Part shown: positions 25,456-39,951 of the stretch, piece after piece
Numbering within the stretch: the stretch's first letter is position 1
Layout of the letters: each line of letters begins with the position of its first letter
From: the human T2T-CHM13v2.0 reference genome, Homo sapiens
Direction: 5' to 3' (one strand)
Assembly (NCBI RefSeq): GCF_009914755.1
Contig: NC_060931.1
Length of the DNA: 64,000 nucleotides
The notes under the pieces: generated by a model
The model's database searches: none
The model's input: the letters and a program-made list of their open reading frames with translations, nothing else
Told to the model about the DNA's origin: nothing
Position numbers and translations under genes: made by a program

Positions 25456-26165
25456 AAGTATTAATAATATGAATTATAGCACCAAGAACTTAAAAAATAT
25501 TTTCCATGTGTTGGGAGGGAATAGTGGTATGGGAAACTTCAGGCTTTAAAATATCAGCCATCATGAGGGAAATCACGCATAAATCTTTACAAATCTCTTA
25601 AAAATTGACATCTGAAGACTAATATACCATTCCTCAATTTTATTTTCCTTCTGTGTGGAAAAAGAATTTTTCTTCTTTGAGCACTAGATTACATAAGTTG
25701 GCTAACGTTTAGAGGCCATATTGAAAAATATTTATCTTTAAATTCTAGAACCATTTTGAGCTTAGGGAAGTTACACTCTGAGAAGCCCAGGGTAAAACTG
25801 AGACCAGCTAAAGTGGCAGCAACTTTAGATCCTTTGGTTAAGTGAGAATATGTGCCAATAAATGGAAAAGATGGATGTATCCATTTATTACTTCATTCAC
25901 CCATATATTGAGCAACTACTATGTTTAATGACATGAATACCAAGATAAATGGTGACACTGGCATTTGTTGTGCTTCCAAAAAAAAATATGGTAAAAAATT
26001 AAAAACATAATGTGAGAACTTTCCATCCTAGATTGTATTGTCAGGTTGATATTTTAAAACACACTAAGTATTCTAGTTAAGTGAAAAAAAAAATCCATAA
26101 GGACAACCAGATAGAGGTTTAGAGACAGGTTTCAATTATTCATGGGTTGATAACAAAAAGAAAAC

Positions 26166-26450
26166 AGCCAAGAGGTAGTGGCTCATACCTGTAATCCCAG
26201 TACTTTGGGAGGCCAAGGCAAGAGGATCACTTGAGGCCAGGAGTTAGAGACCAGCCTGGGGACGACAGCATGATCCAGCCTCTACAAAAAATTTAAAAAT
26301 TATTCAAGCATGATGGCACGTGCCTGTAGTCCTAGCTGCTCAGGAGGCTGAGGCGGCAAGATCACTTGTGCCTAGGAGTTCATAGTTACAGTGAGCTGTG
26401 ATAGCACCACTGCACTGCAGCCTAGGAGACAGAGTAAAACCCTGTCTCTA
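26166..26450 (+). mobile_element. AluJ (Jo/Jr-like)
   Basis: Dimer with J diagnostics in both arms (ggatcacttgaggccaggagtt, agtgagctgtgat). Tail eroded. Confidence 0.92.
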
Positions 26451-27706
26451 TTCAAACATGAACTTTTTTTTCTATAGGAAAGCTGTATTTAAGTGTTCAT
26501 TTTAGAGTATCAGTTTACTGACCTATTCAGCTGATGGTATTTAAATGCAGCATAGTTAGTATCCCTGGACTTCTCTGTGCAAATCCGGCATATTCTCAGG
26601 AGTAGCCAACTGTGAGGTCTATTTCCATGAATTTCTGCATCTGGAGGCTTGACTGTGAATATGTGTAACTGCATCATCCCCCCTACACCATCACATACCT
26701 GACAGTCAGTGTGCTTATCAGTGATAGTATACAGACGGCAAAGGGGTCTTACAGTGCCATAATCTCATGGAAACATTTTAAAGTATCATTCTCTTAGTAG
26801 GTTGCAAGGTGGTTCAGTAGTTTTCTGTCATTCAAAAGCAACAGAAAGGTCTTGCTAACAAATATCATGCATCTCAGAGAAGAAACAGCAATAATGTGAA
26901 CAAAGTGATTATGGTTAAAATGTACTCTCTCTTCTTAAGGTGGTCATCTGCAGGGGCCTGGAAAGGCTACACAAATTTATGCTTTTATTTTCTAAATATT
27001 ATATCCATAATAAAGCTGGAAGAGTATTGACTCAGACTGCTTTTTGCTATAAAAGGAGCATTTCCAAATTGGAGAGAACATTCTGCAATGTATTTACATG
27101 TAAATATTTGATATACATTTAAATCCAGTTCTATTTACAAATTCTCAGTATCTTGATATCTAAACTCTCTCAATTAATTCCCACTTCCCCACTACAGATC
27201 AATTAACTATGCTTTCTCCTCAATCCCTTTAACCTACTTTATTCTCAATAATCTACATACTATGAGTCTGAACCTGGACACCAGTAGATATGGCCTTTCT
27301 ATCACACTAGAAAAACTATGAGCAAAATCACTTCTACTACTTCGAGAACATATCCATATGTCATTTTAAACATCTACTTAATCTATCCAGAGACTATGGC
27401 AATCTTCAGGAAAAAGAAAGTTTATCTTTTGAAACCTCCTCCCTATGATTAGCTCTTACCACAGTTCTCCTATTTGCCATGGCCTGCCCTCCTTGCCATG
27501 CTACAGAAGTACAGTTCTTTAACCATGACCTTCTCTCCCTGCTATACAGGGGTAGGGAAGGATTAGAAAAGTAATTCTCAAGGGAATAGGTAGCACAAGG
27601 AAGGGAATGGTAGGCAGTTTGCATGCTTAGTATTATAATTTTACATATTGAAAAAATATTCTCATAAGAACTTCAGGAAGCAAACTTCAAAACTTCTCTT
27701 TGCTGG

Positions 27707-27781
27707 TGTATTAGTTTATTATTATTATTATTGCCATAACAAATTACCACAAACCTGGTGGCTTAAAACAATACAAATTTA
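27707..27781 (-). mobile_element. MLT1 LTR terminal fragment
   Basis: tgtattagttt...gccataacaaattaccacaaacctggtggcttaaaacaa. Confidence 0.75.
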
Positions 27782-28078
27782 ATTAAATATCTATCATACT
27801 ATTTGAAATATACCTACTGCACCACTGGGCCGTTGTGAAAAACTATAGAGAAAGCAATTGAATACCATTTGGGTGGTTTTCTTTCATATTTTTGATGGTT
27901 ATTAACTCATTTCATTTTCTCCTTGTGCTAAACTAAAAATTTCTCAGAGAGACATTATAAATAAAATACAGTGGTCATAAATGTGAGTGACTACAGAAAT
28001 CAGGCAATAATGAGTGAAGAAGGCAGTGTGTGTTACCTCAAGGGGTAGATGGGCCTGCGGATAATAAGAGTTTGTGCC

Positions 28079-28522
28079 TGTATTAGTCCATTCTCACACT
28101 GCTGTAAGAACTGCCTGAGACTGGATAATTTATAAAGGAAAGAGGCTTAATTGACTCACAGTCAGCATGGCTGGGGAGGCCTCAGGAAACTTACAATCAT
28201 GGCGGAAAGCAAAGCAGACACCTCCTTCAGAAGGCGGCAAGAAGGAGAAGCGCTGAGTGAAATGGGAAAGAACCCCTTATAAAACCGTCAATCTCGTGAG
28301 AACTCACTATCGTGAGAACAGACTGGGGGGAACCACGCCTGTGACTCAATTGCCTCCACCTGGTCTGTGATTCAATTGCCTCCACCTGGGCTATGATTCA
28401 ATTGCCTCCACCTGGGCTATGATTCAATTGCCTCCACCTGGTCTCTCCCTTGACCTGTAGGGATTATGGGGATTACAATTCAAGATGAGATTTGGATGGG
28501 GACAAAAAACCTGACCATATCA
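28079..28522 (-). mobile_element. THE1D solo LTR with an internal 26-bp x4 tandem array
   Basis: TG..CA ends, perfect 5-bp TSD gtgcc (28074-28078 / 28523-28527), array at 28339-28442. Confidence 0.93.
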
Positions 28523-28591
28523 GTGCCGCTTCTTAAAAGGCTAGCTACTCTTCAGGTTGAGGTCACTTGCCTTGAAGGAAAAAGATCCCCT

Positions 28592-28866
28592 GGCCGGGCG
28601 CATTGGCACATGCCTGTAATCCCAGCAGTTTGAGAGGCAAAGGTAGGAGGGTCGCTTGAAACCAGCCTGGCGACACGGCAAAACCTTGTCTCTATAAAAA
28701 ATACAAAAATTAGCCAGGTGTAATGACAGGCTCCTGTAGTCCCAGACACTTGGGAGCCTGAGGTGGGAGGATCATTTGAGCTCCAGGAGGTTGAGGCTTC
28801 AGAGAGCTGAGATCACACCAGTGCACTCCAGCCTGTGTGACAGAACAGACAGTGTTTCAGTAAAAG
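28592..28866 (+). mobile_element. AluJb-like with a small left-arm deletion
   Basis: ggccgggcgc start; cgcttg|aaaccagcc lacks the B-box segment; J-type right arm. Confidence 0.9.
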
Positions 28867-29880
28867 AAAAAGGCCCGTCATTGCTAGATGGCTGCATTTT
28901 TATGAAATGCCCCAATTTGCAAATGTAAACACCTATTTTGTATTTTTAACACAGATCTGACAACAGATCTGTGGGCTAAATCCAGCTGGAGGGCTTCTAG
29001 TTCCTATAAAGCTAAATGTTACAAACTTCTGTCACTCAACACAATAATGCTCTTATATGAGAGAGAGAAAAGACATAGTCACGTATTAAGAGTTGTACTA
29101 ACCAGCACTATTACTTGAGTTAATATTTTCAAGCATTTCTCCATTTTTATTAGTCATAAACTACTATTACTATCAAAGTGTAAGTCAAATCCTTTTGAAA
29201 ACAATCTTAACATGAAACAGAGGCAAGATTTTGTGATTATCACAGTAAGATCATTCTGGTCACTGCTGAGAGCCTGAACATCATGAGACATTGATAGTAA
29301 GCAAATGCTGAATGCCTTGCTTTAAATGCCAATAAAGCACAAGAATAAGCATAATTCACAACTTTTGTGACAACATCTGAAAATCACACATACATAACAC
29401 ATCAATGTATGCGTATGTTTAGATGTATACAGATTTTGTTTCCCTGCTGAATGCATCTCAGTGGACATGCCGAAGTCCAAAGACAAAAAACCCATTCTAC
29501 CACCAGGTGGAGCTTAGTTTCCATTAAAGCAGCAGATACATGAAGAGGATTTCTAGTGTTTGTTTGAATTCTTTGTGTCCCTCAGGAAAGACCTGAAGAA
29601 AAAAGGTGAACTTCAAAGGAGAGTGTGTATTTTAAAAGCCTGTCACAAACGCCAGTTGCCACAGGGCTTTAAGTATTTTTCATCAGTACTCATTTGATCA
29701 GGTGCTGGGGGCCATTCATGAATGGCTTGACAACTGACTTCCTTCCTTTCTGTCCTTTTCCCTTTCTTTGTATGAGAATGTTAAATTCCCATACATTTAA
29801 GTGCCCAACTTTAAATAAAAATCACAGATTATCACAATAACAGAGCCTAAGAAGTAAAATTACCAAAACAAATCAGCTAT

Positions 29881-30140
29881 ATTATGTAAATATTGACTCT
29901 AATTCACAATATTATGTAAATATTGTGAATTTTTACATATTATGTAAATATTTACATATTTTACACAGTATTTTACAAATATTTACATATTTTACATATT
30001 GTGTAAATATTTACATATTGTGTAAGTATTTACATATTGTGTAAATATTTACATATTGTGTAAATATTTACATATTATGTAAATATTGTGAATTTTATTG
30101 TAAATAATTCACATTATGTAAATATTGATTCTAATTCACA
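29881..30140. repeat. AT-rich palindromic/tandem repeat bounded by a 28-bp direct repeat
   Basis: attatgtaaatattga(c/t)tctaattcaca at 29881-29908 and 30113-30140; internal 19-bp units tttacatattgtgtaaata. Confidence 0.92.
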
Positions 30141-30269
30141 CAGCAGAACATTAGATGAAATGAATGCCATTAGATGAAATACAGTACAGAAAGCATCTAG
30201 GCACAGCACCTGAAATAAGAGTCAGCTGGTAGTAAAAGTGTCTTCCACCATATTCTCAAAGATGATAAT

Positions 30270-31330
30270 CATTTAATGATTCATTCCTACCAAATCAATG
30301 TTCTGCATATATATGAATGCTCATTGTGTGTTCAAACATGGCAGGGCCTTGCAGAAAACCTGTTGTAAACCAAAACATGTTGTTTGTTCTTAAATTGAGG
30401 AGAAATGATGCTACATTTAATTAGTATATCCCAAGTCAGCATGTATACAGTGTGGATTTGTGAGTTTACAGCCTTTAAATATCAAAATAATGGAAAGGTC
30501 CGAGAAGGTATGCTAGTTGAGCAGCAACAGGAATAAATACTGTAGGAAGCATAGGAATTGAATAAAGAGAGGGCAGGTGATGTGTTCCCAGTAAGAGCAA
30601 GGCCATCAGTCAAAGTGCAACCGGAAGAAGGGGATGCGTGGGTATGTGGTCAGGAAGGCAACTGGTCTGATTCCACTGAAGGTGCAGGACTAATGTTGGC
30701 CTTATAGGTAGCACTAGAATGCAAATATAGAGGTGGACTACAATGATGAAATATACAGTAAAGGAAAAATGATGGGTTTACTTGCTAGAGAAATAAGTAG
30801 AGAGTTACTGAAGATCATGGAATAGGAATGTAGAGTGAGGGGAGCATTATTTGTGGAGCTTATGAAGGGAAAAAAATTGGGGAGGCTTATTTCATATTGA
30901 TCCTGCATGTGTAACTTCTTTTATACCTGTCACCAACGTTTATGCTTCTAGATTCAAAGAAAATAAAGAACATCTGTATGGCATCGATATGCCCTCTTAA
31001 GTTGTCTAGTGTTAAAATACTGTAAGTTCTATAATAAAATATGACATAAGTATAAAGAAGAAACAAATGTGTGTAAAAAGATAACAACAGGCCACATCAG
31101 ACAGCAACAGCACATTCAAGGGCACAAGGCAAAAAAGACAGTGTTGGTCAGGAAATGGCAAGTGGTTTGCTGGAGTGTGAAGCATGTAGGGCATGAGTGG
31201 CTTGCGATGAGTGTGTAGATGGAAATGATGGAAGGAGAAGTGAAGAAGCCAGCCTAGATTTGAGGGATAGCTCAAAGAAAACTAGGTGGTTGGATAGGGA
31301 AGAAGGAAAATAGAAAAGGGTCCGAAACTC
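30270..31330 (-). mobile_element. L2 remnants
   Basis: tcattc..caaa..gaatgctcattgtgtg terminus, then purine-rich antisense L2 body (ggcaagtggtttgctggagtgtga). Confidence 0.55.
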
Positions 31331-31714
31331 TAAAAGCAGCAGAGCAAGAGTGAGCACCAGTAACATCAACAAAGACAAGAATGTGGGGAACAAGTCAAGC
31401 TTGGGGGAGAAAACATAGTCTCTTTCTAACTGAAAAGATATGCAAGTATAAGCATGTTTTTCAGTAGACAAAGATACAGGACTGGAGATCATGCAATAGT
31501 CATTAGGAGGCAGTGTGGGTCTGGGAGGGAAGAGAAAACTGCACTGAAAACAGAGGCATTCATTATCTGTACCTCTCATTTACTACGCAATATACAGAAG
31601 GCAGGACTACTTTGATTACTCATTTATTTTGCCCTGTTCTTTATCCTCCCCCTTCTACTGAAAGCTTGTAGCCTGGTTTTACAGTTCTTTGCCTCAGAGA
31701 TTTCAGAAGGAAGG

Positions 31715-32069
31715 TGATATGGTTTGGCTGTGTCCCCACCCAAATCTCATCTTGAATCGTAGCTCCCAGAATTCCCATGTGTCATGGGAGGGACCCAGTG
31801 GGAGGTAATTAAATCATGGGGGCAGGTCTTTCCCCTGCCATTCTCAATGATTGTGAATAAGTCTCACAGATCTGATGGTTTTATAAAGGGGAAGTTCCCC
31901 AACAAGCTCTCTTGCCTAACATGATGCTCCTCCTTAGCCTTCTGCCATGATTGTGAGGCCTCCCCAGCCATGTGGAATTGTGAGTCCATTACACCTTTTT
32001 TTTTTTTTTTTAATAAATTACCCAGTCTTGAGGATGTCTTTATTAGCATCATGAGAACTGACTAATACA
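31715..32069 (+). mobile_element. THE1B/C solo LTR
   Basis: tgatatggtttggctgtgtccccacccaaatctc...gactaataca, TSD gaagg/gaaag. Confidence 0.93.
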
Positions 32070-34071
32070 GAAAGAGAGCAGGAAAAGCCTAAATTTACAG
32101 GTGCTGCTGGTTCTGGTGTAAAAGACAAAATCCATTAGATTATACAAACGATACTTGGGTAAGGGAAAAGAGGCAAGTGACTTTTAATGAAAGCTGGAGT
32201 TAACCACATAGGTACAACTTAATGCTTAGCCTGAAGGAGATTACATCTTAAAAGTGAACAGAGATACATAAAGAGAGCAATTTGGAATGTAATCAGCAAA
32301 GTGGAGGTGTCCACTGGTGCTATGTGAATATCAAGAGGATATGTCGCCCTCTAGGAAAGTTTAGGGAAGGAATTTAGTAGAAGCCTAAACCACACCTTGA
32401 ATACTAAGGCCATAAAGAGATAGAGTATTCTCTGCACATCAGATTCTGGAAAGTTCTCTCCTCTGAGCTTCTATGACTATGTAACAATACCATTTACTTC
32501 ACTCTTAGCATATACCACTTTCCATTGTCATAAATTGTGTATTTATCACTTTTCCAGAAAACATATCAAGGAGAATGGGAATCCTGACTTTAATTGCTTT
32601 ATAGAATTTCCATGTAACCTAGAGGTATTGATCCTAAGAGATGCTCAATAAATAATTAGGAACCAGGATTTGGTCTGCTACGCAGTTCTCATCTTAATGA
32701 CCAAGAGGCACACATCTCTTGCTAATGACACTGCCAACTGGCCTGAAGCCCATAGAAGCATGAGAACCAAAATAAAAAAAAACTGGAACACAATTGAATA
32801 TGTAGACTCTAAATATATATTTTGTCATCAGATTATTTTCTTATTTTTTAGAATCACTTTTATATCCTAATTGATATGAAGCAGTGTAGGGAGAATACAA
32901 AAAATAGGGGCTTTGGGTACTGGCCATGCAACTTACTAGCCATGTAATTTCAGGATCTTCACTTGGCTTCCATGAGGCTCAGGCTTTTCTGTAATATATG
33001 GGTAACTGTAAGTTCTCAAGAAAGTTACATCAGATAATGTGAAAATTATTTGGTAAAAAGTAAGACACAACTTACTGGTAATTATGGTTAAATAACTCAT
33101 TTGTCTCCAAGATACTTTTTTTACCATAATAAAGATCACAGAGGTTTTATAAAGAAAAAAGCAGAGTCTGTATTTTACATATGTTGCCCATGCTTGTGTT
33201 CCTTGGTGAAGTCGTATGAATTTATTCAAGTCACAAAATATTTCTCCCAGTTAAACATATTTTTGAAAAAAATCATTTTCTAAAATTACAATGTTACAGT
33301 TGACTGTGGCTAAAACAATCCAGACTCAGGGAAATGTATCAATATCCACACTATTTTGTGTTTCACTTGTTGGACACGAGCATTTTTCTTGAAGAGAATG
33401 GATGATAGTAGTATCACCCATTCTAGGAGTATCTAATCTTCATATAACCAATAAGGCACATCCTTTGGATGGGGTAGCCATTGCTTGCCCTCTGGTTCAG
33501 GAGTAGCTGGGGTCTAACATCCAGGGATCTGAAGTGTTACTGATAGGCAGGTGGAGACAGGCCTGATATGAGTGGCAAAGCCACCTTTGCTTCTGATTGT
33601 AGTACATGTTTATGTTGTTCAGAAAGGTTATTGAAGTTTCAGGGAAAGTCTAGCTTCTACCTCCTTCATTGCATGCATCTGAGATCGAGCTGGAAGAGCA
33701 TCCCAAACTGATACCTTCGATGCAAGGAAAGTCTTCCTCTTGGTGGGATGCACAGGGATAGTTAAGACTGGAGGCAGCAGTGCCAGGTAGAGTGGCTTTC
33801 TCATGAGGATCATCAGCATCAGGGGTAACAGCATGGTGACAAGATGAAAAATTAAAGGTATAAGAAATCGAGGGGCTTATTCTAGAGCATTCATGAAATT
33901 GCTAAGAATACTGTGAGTCAGGTTAGTTTCTAGCAGTAATAATATGGGCTGATGTTATAATAATTTGGGTTAAAAAAATGAAAGTGTAATCTCATTTTTA
34001 TGTCATAGGCTTTTTAAGTCATGAGGCTGCCAACATAAAAGACATGCCATTGCTTTAAAAATGTGTTTAAC

Positions 34072-34362
<291 letters not shown>

Positions 34363-35373
34363 AAAAATGTGTTTAACCTGCATTGCCAATGAGTATCGTT
34401 AATTGTGTATGTATAATTATTAGGTATAAACACGTATTTCTTATGTATACATATGCACTAGAAATATTCATTGACTGTTTTCCTGCTTTGCCAAATCAGT
34501 GACACCCAGTCTCTAGAAGTTATTGCATATGCATACAAAGCACAAACTCACAATAAAATTGTTTTCCAACTCTTTCTAGAAAATGTTTACCAAAAAAATA
34601 CACTTTTCCTTCTCTACACTCACACGAAAATTAATCGACATGTCATACTGGTAAAATTAAATTTTTGTGCTATCTTTTTTAAGAGGGAGTTTTACATTTA
34701 AGTTGTAGCCCTGGGTCAAAGGTAATAAAACGACCAGAGAACACCACATTACTTTGTATCTCTTCTAACACAGCTTTTCGTTCACAGGCTGAGACTGACA
34801 GTTTCAAGAAGACAGTGCATCAAAAAAGCTCTTGGAGGAAAATCTCCAGTCTTTCAAACTACACTTTACTGTATTCATTGATTTATGTAATATATAAAGA
34901 GATTAATGATAAAAATAATTTGCATATTTTAAATATGTAATAGGGTTTGAGAATATAGCTTCTAAGTTGAATAGTTGTTTGATATTAAGCAACAATTAAA
35001 AGCTAGTAAAATGAAAATGAAATTCTCTTTAGGCAACATATATAGGCTTGGGAAGGAGTAACATTATGCATAACCCCATGATTAACCCAAATCTTTTAAT
35101 ATTCATTAAGATTCCCAAACCAGAGCCAAGAATAATTGGTCTATAGTTGCTTCTCCTGGCTATCTTATTATAACATACTGCATTTATCTTCATTTATCTT
35201 AAATTCCTGTATTATAGCAGAACTTATAGATATTCCCACTGGGATCCTCAAACTCTTAATTTGTTTACATATTTTGGCTTCTTTCCAGATTTATGTGAAT
35301 AGTAACTGATCCAAGAAACAAACAGGCGGAAATGTCTTTGAATAACATTCTTTTACCATCGGGTCATACATAC

Positions 35374-35465
35374 CTCCATTCAGTAAAACAGGCAACTGAA
35401 TTCCTGAACTGGGCAGTTCAATAATACATTTTTGAAACTCAGGTGGGATTAAAGAGAATGGTGCT
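35374..35465 (-). other. Candidate 92-nt internal exon of an unidentified transcript
   Basis: Minus strand ttcttttttcttttattgtttgaatag|AGCACC...AATGGAG|gtatgt, one frame open. Motif evidence only. Confidence 0.4.
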
Positions 35466-36610
35466 CTATTCAAACAATAAAAGAAAAAAGAACTATGAAC
35501 TTAACAAGGTCTTAAAAACACACACAGGATGAAAAAAAAATCCTCCAAACTATTGAAGAAAATTAGGAACACAGATTTTATCGTCTATTTCCTCATCCTC
35601 AAAGGGATGTTTTTTATCCACTTAGGCTGAAGAGCTTGCTTTCAACCAAATTAAGAGCTCAGATGTGAAGAATAGGAAAGGAAAAAAAAGGAAATAAAAA
35701 CCTGACATACCAATAAACCAACCAATTTCAGTTTCAATAGCCCATTTTATAATGAGGTAGAACAAAGAACATAATGGATAGCGCCAAATGGCAAAGCTCC
35801 AGAAAACTCATTCAGTTAATCTTACTAGATGCTTTGCCAAACCTTATCCAAATAACACAATTATTACAGTCTGCAGACTAGTGGAAATTCTTACAAAATT
35901 GGCCTCTATCTAGAATCCCAAATCATGTCTCCAACTCGAGTCACAACCATCTCTGCGATTGTCTTGTTGAAGCTTTTGCCTCTGGGCTTAACTGCAATTT
36001 TGCAAAATGGAAAATAAGTGAATGCATCCAGGTAAAATTCTGGATATAGATTTAAATCGAGCTTTTTAATCCTTAAGAACAGTCCTTCCTATATGTGATC
36101 CAATTCCCTAAAAAATTATTCAAAGTAGATGGACTATTATTGGTCCAAAATTGTCCTATGTTAGAAATGTTAGAATTCCAGTTTGGCTTCCAGTGTGCCC
36201 AGCGATCACGAGTTCTTAATCTCTGCATCTGCCTTTTTGCAACTGTCATATCAAAAGGTTGATACAGACCTACCTCGTAGAGATCCTGCAAGGATTAATT
36301 AAGATTAAATCGAAAGAAAAAAATGCATTTGACAAGCCAGGCTTCATCAATGCTGCTAAACAGACCCAGATGTTTTAACAACTGTTCAGATTATTTGGTA
36401 GCATCCTAAGTAGAGAATTAATTTGCATAATACATCTCAGCGGTGAAGACATTGTTAAATGATTCCAATGTTTCAGATAAGGGAAAACAACCTGGCTCCA
36501 CTCTGGCCTCTCATCAAACTAGGCACCATTCACCCCAAAATTTTCCTGCTGACCAAACACTGGTAACATATGTGATTAAGAGAATCCCAAGACAAAGAAA
36601 GACGTTATAC

Positions 36611-36649
36611 CTTCTCATTCCTAGGCACTTCTCTGAACCTTTCTTTCTC
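36611..36649 (-). other. Candidate 39-nt purine-rich exon
   Basis: Minus strand cttttatccttacag|GAGAAAG...GAGAAG|gtataa. Donor is weaker. Confidence 0.25.
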
Positions 36650-37084
36650 CTGTAAGGATAAAAAGATTTCAACTCTCTTTCATGTCTTGCTGTGGTGCTG
36701 AGGCACAAATGGCTACATGCATCTCTTGTCCATCAAGAAAGTGCTTGCTTCCATGTTTTCATCTTCCACTTTCACTATCCAACTGTATCTCATCATTCAT
36801 TGCCTGAGGAAATCCCAACAACTTCAGAGCTCACAGAGATAGCACTGATAATAATCTTATGTACATTATCAGTCTTCATTGGTTTCACCAGCACATACAG
36901 ATCCAAGGATGTTCTAAAATATGTCTTTTGGGGATGGAGATGGGGAAAGGAAGAGTACTGAAACACTGAAAAGTAATGGGCTTTACTCATTTTATTTCTC
37001 TTGTTATTAAAGAAAAAAAAGGTCTCATCTTTGAGAGTCATTAGTTTAAGGGATCTTAAAAAAGTATGTTTTTAAATATTGCAT

Positions 37085-37650
<566 letters not shown>

Positions 37651-37924
37651 TATTACTTATTATTTTAAATGCCCATATATTTAACTCAATATAATCTCAT
37701 ATCCAAGAAAGTTTCACCTCTTTCAAAACCTTTTCACAAACACTCAGGTCTATCTTTCTCCTTTAAAAACTATTGAGTAGGAAATGAGTGATCCTCAGAA
37801 CCTTCTAGTACTTTGGGATCATTGCTCTAACAATTCTTTTATAAGCATTCTGCTTTAGCAAATGTGTGTCTCTGGATATGTCCTAGATTTGTGAAGGCAA
37901 ATATACCTCACATTGCCAAAGATT

Positions 37925-38358
37925 TTCTTTTGTTACCAATTGGTGTGCAATAAAACTACTCAAAACTCAGTACTAGCAAAATGTATGAGCATTTATTTGG
38001 CTCACACATCTGCTGGAGGTCAACCTAACTGGGCTAGGTGGCTCTGCTGATCTTAGCTGGGCCCTTCATCCATTTATGGGTTATCTGGAGTTCAGCTGAT
38101 GTTGGCTCTTGACTTCCTTCCGGAGGCAGCAGGCTAGGCTGGGCATGTTCTTCTCATGGTGGTGGGGGTGGAAGCAGGAGAGACAGTAGAAATACAAAAG
38201 GTCTCTGCAGGTCTAGTCTCAGTGGCACACTGACATTTCTGACCCACTGTACTGGCCAAAGCAGGTCACATGATGAATACCAAAGTCCTGAACAAATATT
38301 TCTCCAGAAGGCATTGGGAAGAAAAGATTATTTCTGAGCAATAATTCAACTCATTACA
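37925..38358 (-). mobile_element. Old MLT1 (H/I/J-like) MaLR LTR
   Basis: gcatttatttggctcac, aggctaggctgggcatgttcttctcatgg, tggccaaagcaggtcacatg, end aataattcaactcattaca. Confidence 0.75.
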
Positions 38359-38489
38359 GAGATTAAGTAATCACAATACTTCTCTCCACTGTGCCCAAGT
38401 ATAGGTTTTATATCCTTAGCAGCCACTATAATTGCTAACAACTAGGAGAAGAAGAGGAAATCTATTTAAGACTTCTGGTTTCATAATCA

Positions 38490-38610
38490 AATATATATAT
38501 ATATATGGTTATATATATATGTTTATACATGTAATTTTATATATATATGTGAGTACTATAAAATATATATATTTACATACATAGGTATATATGTGTATAT
38601 ATATATATAT
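38490..38610. repeat. Degenerate (TA)n low-complexity tract
   Basis: Read directly. Confidence 0.85.
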
Positions 38611-39644
38611 TTAGAGAATATAGATCTGGACTTCAAATTATATCTTTATATAATATAAACCATCACAACGTTATATTCTGAGAATGTTACATTTAGTGAT
38701 TCAATTGTGACTGAGTTTGAAAAAACATGTATAAACTAAAAAAAAAGAAAATGCCATTAGATTTTAAATCAATAATTTATTTACATTTTGTTTTGTAAAA
38801 ACAACATATTTAGAATCTTTATAGTACTTTTCAATGTCACCTTAAAAATATGCATATGCTTCTTACAATTTTGAAACTGAAATTAATAAGAACATATATA
38901 AATGCAACTATAATGCCAACCACCACCTACACAGCTACTTCTAGTCCACTGATTTTAAGCCATACTAACAAATCCTATATCAATTAAAATGCTTCATTAT
39001 TCTGTTTTCAAATTAAACTTTCTAAATAACTTCTATCTTTCTTCTTGCATATGGTTGACATTTTAATTAAGATGTTAGATTTATGCCTCTGTGAATTTGT
39101 AGTTTCAACATTAAAACAAAGTCAAATTTACAGATTTTAAGACATTCTGTAATTTGATTTTTATAAGATGATCACTGTATTTACATAAAGTTGAGTTATA
39201 AGTTAGGGAAGAAAAAATTTCTGTTAAATTAATGTAAAATACTTACAATAATAACCATAACAATGACTCTGAGAGAATATAGGGAGCTGACTCTTACCTG
39301 TAAATGAGTATACTTGCAACAAGTCATCTCAAATTGAGCACTTTTATGAAAAAAAATAGGACCTCTACCAAAATGTCATTAATCAAACCATTACTCACGC
39401 TATGATGAACTCCTAAGACGACTAACTTTAATTTGCATTTAACTAACTAGCGTAAGTTTAGAAAGAAAACCATTTTGCAACAAAATTTCCCACAAGTGGA
39501 AGCATTTTCAGAAACCTTGAAGCATAATCACTATTATTTTTTAAGAGATTTTGGAAAATAAAGTGAGAATAGACAGCTTTTACTAAAGTAAATTTACAGA
39601 AGCAGTGATGAAAATGTAACTGTAAAGTTACCTCTGGATCTCTC

Positions 39645-39951
39645 TTTTTTTTTTTTTTTTTTTTTTTTTGAGACGGAGTCTTGCTCTGTTGCCCAGGCTG
39701 GAGTGCAGTGGCGCTATGTCGGCTCACTGCAAGCTCCGCCTCCCAGGTTGACGCCATTCTCCTGCCTAAGCCTCCTGAGTAGCTGGGACTACAGGCGCCC
39801 GCCACGATGCCTGGCTATTTTTTTTGTATTTTTACTAGAGACGGGGTTTCACCGCATTAGCCAGGATGGTCTGGATCTCCTGACCTCGTAATCTGCCTGC
39901 CTCGGCCTCCCAAAGTGCTGGGATTTCAGGCGTGAGCCATCGCGCCCGGCC
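39645..39951 (-). mobile_element. AluY
   Basis: Y diagnostics (gcaagctccg, gccattctcc, ttagccaggatggtc), 25-nt T tail, TSD core gatctct on both sides. Confidence 0.96.

Noticed and set aside
32343-32358. Partial CTCF-like cgccctctagg (similar weak matches near 11135 and 41530)
   Set aside because: Lacks the conserved TGG/CCA end of the core motif.
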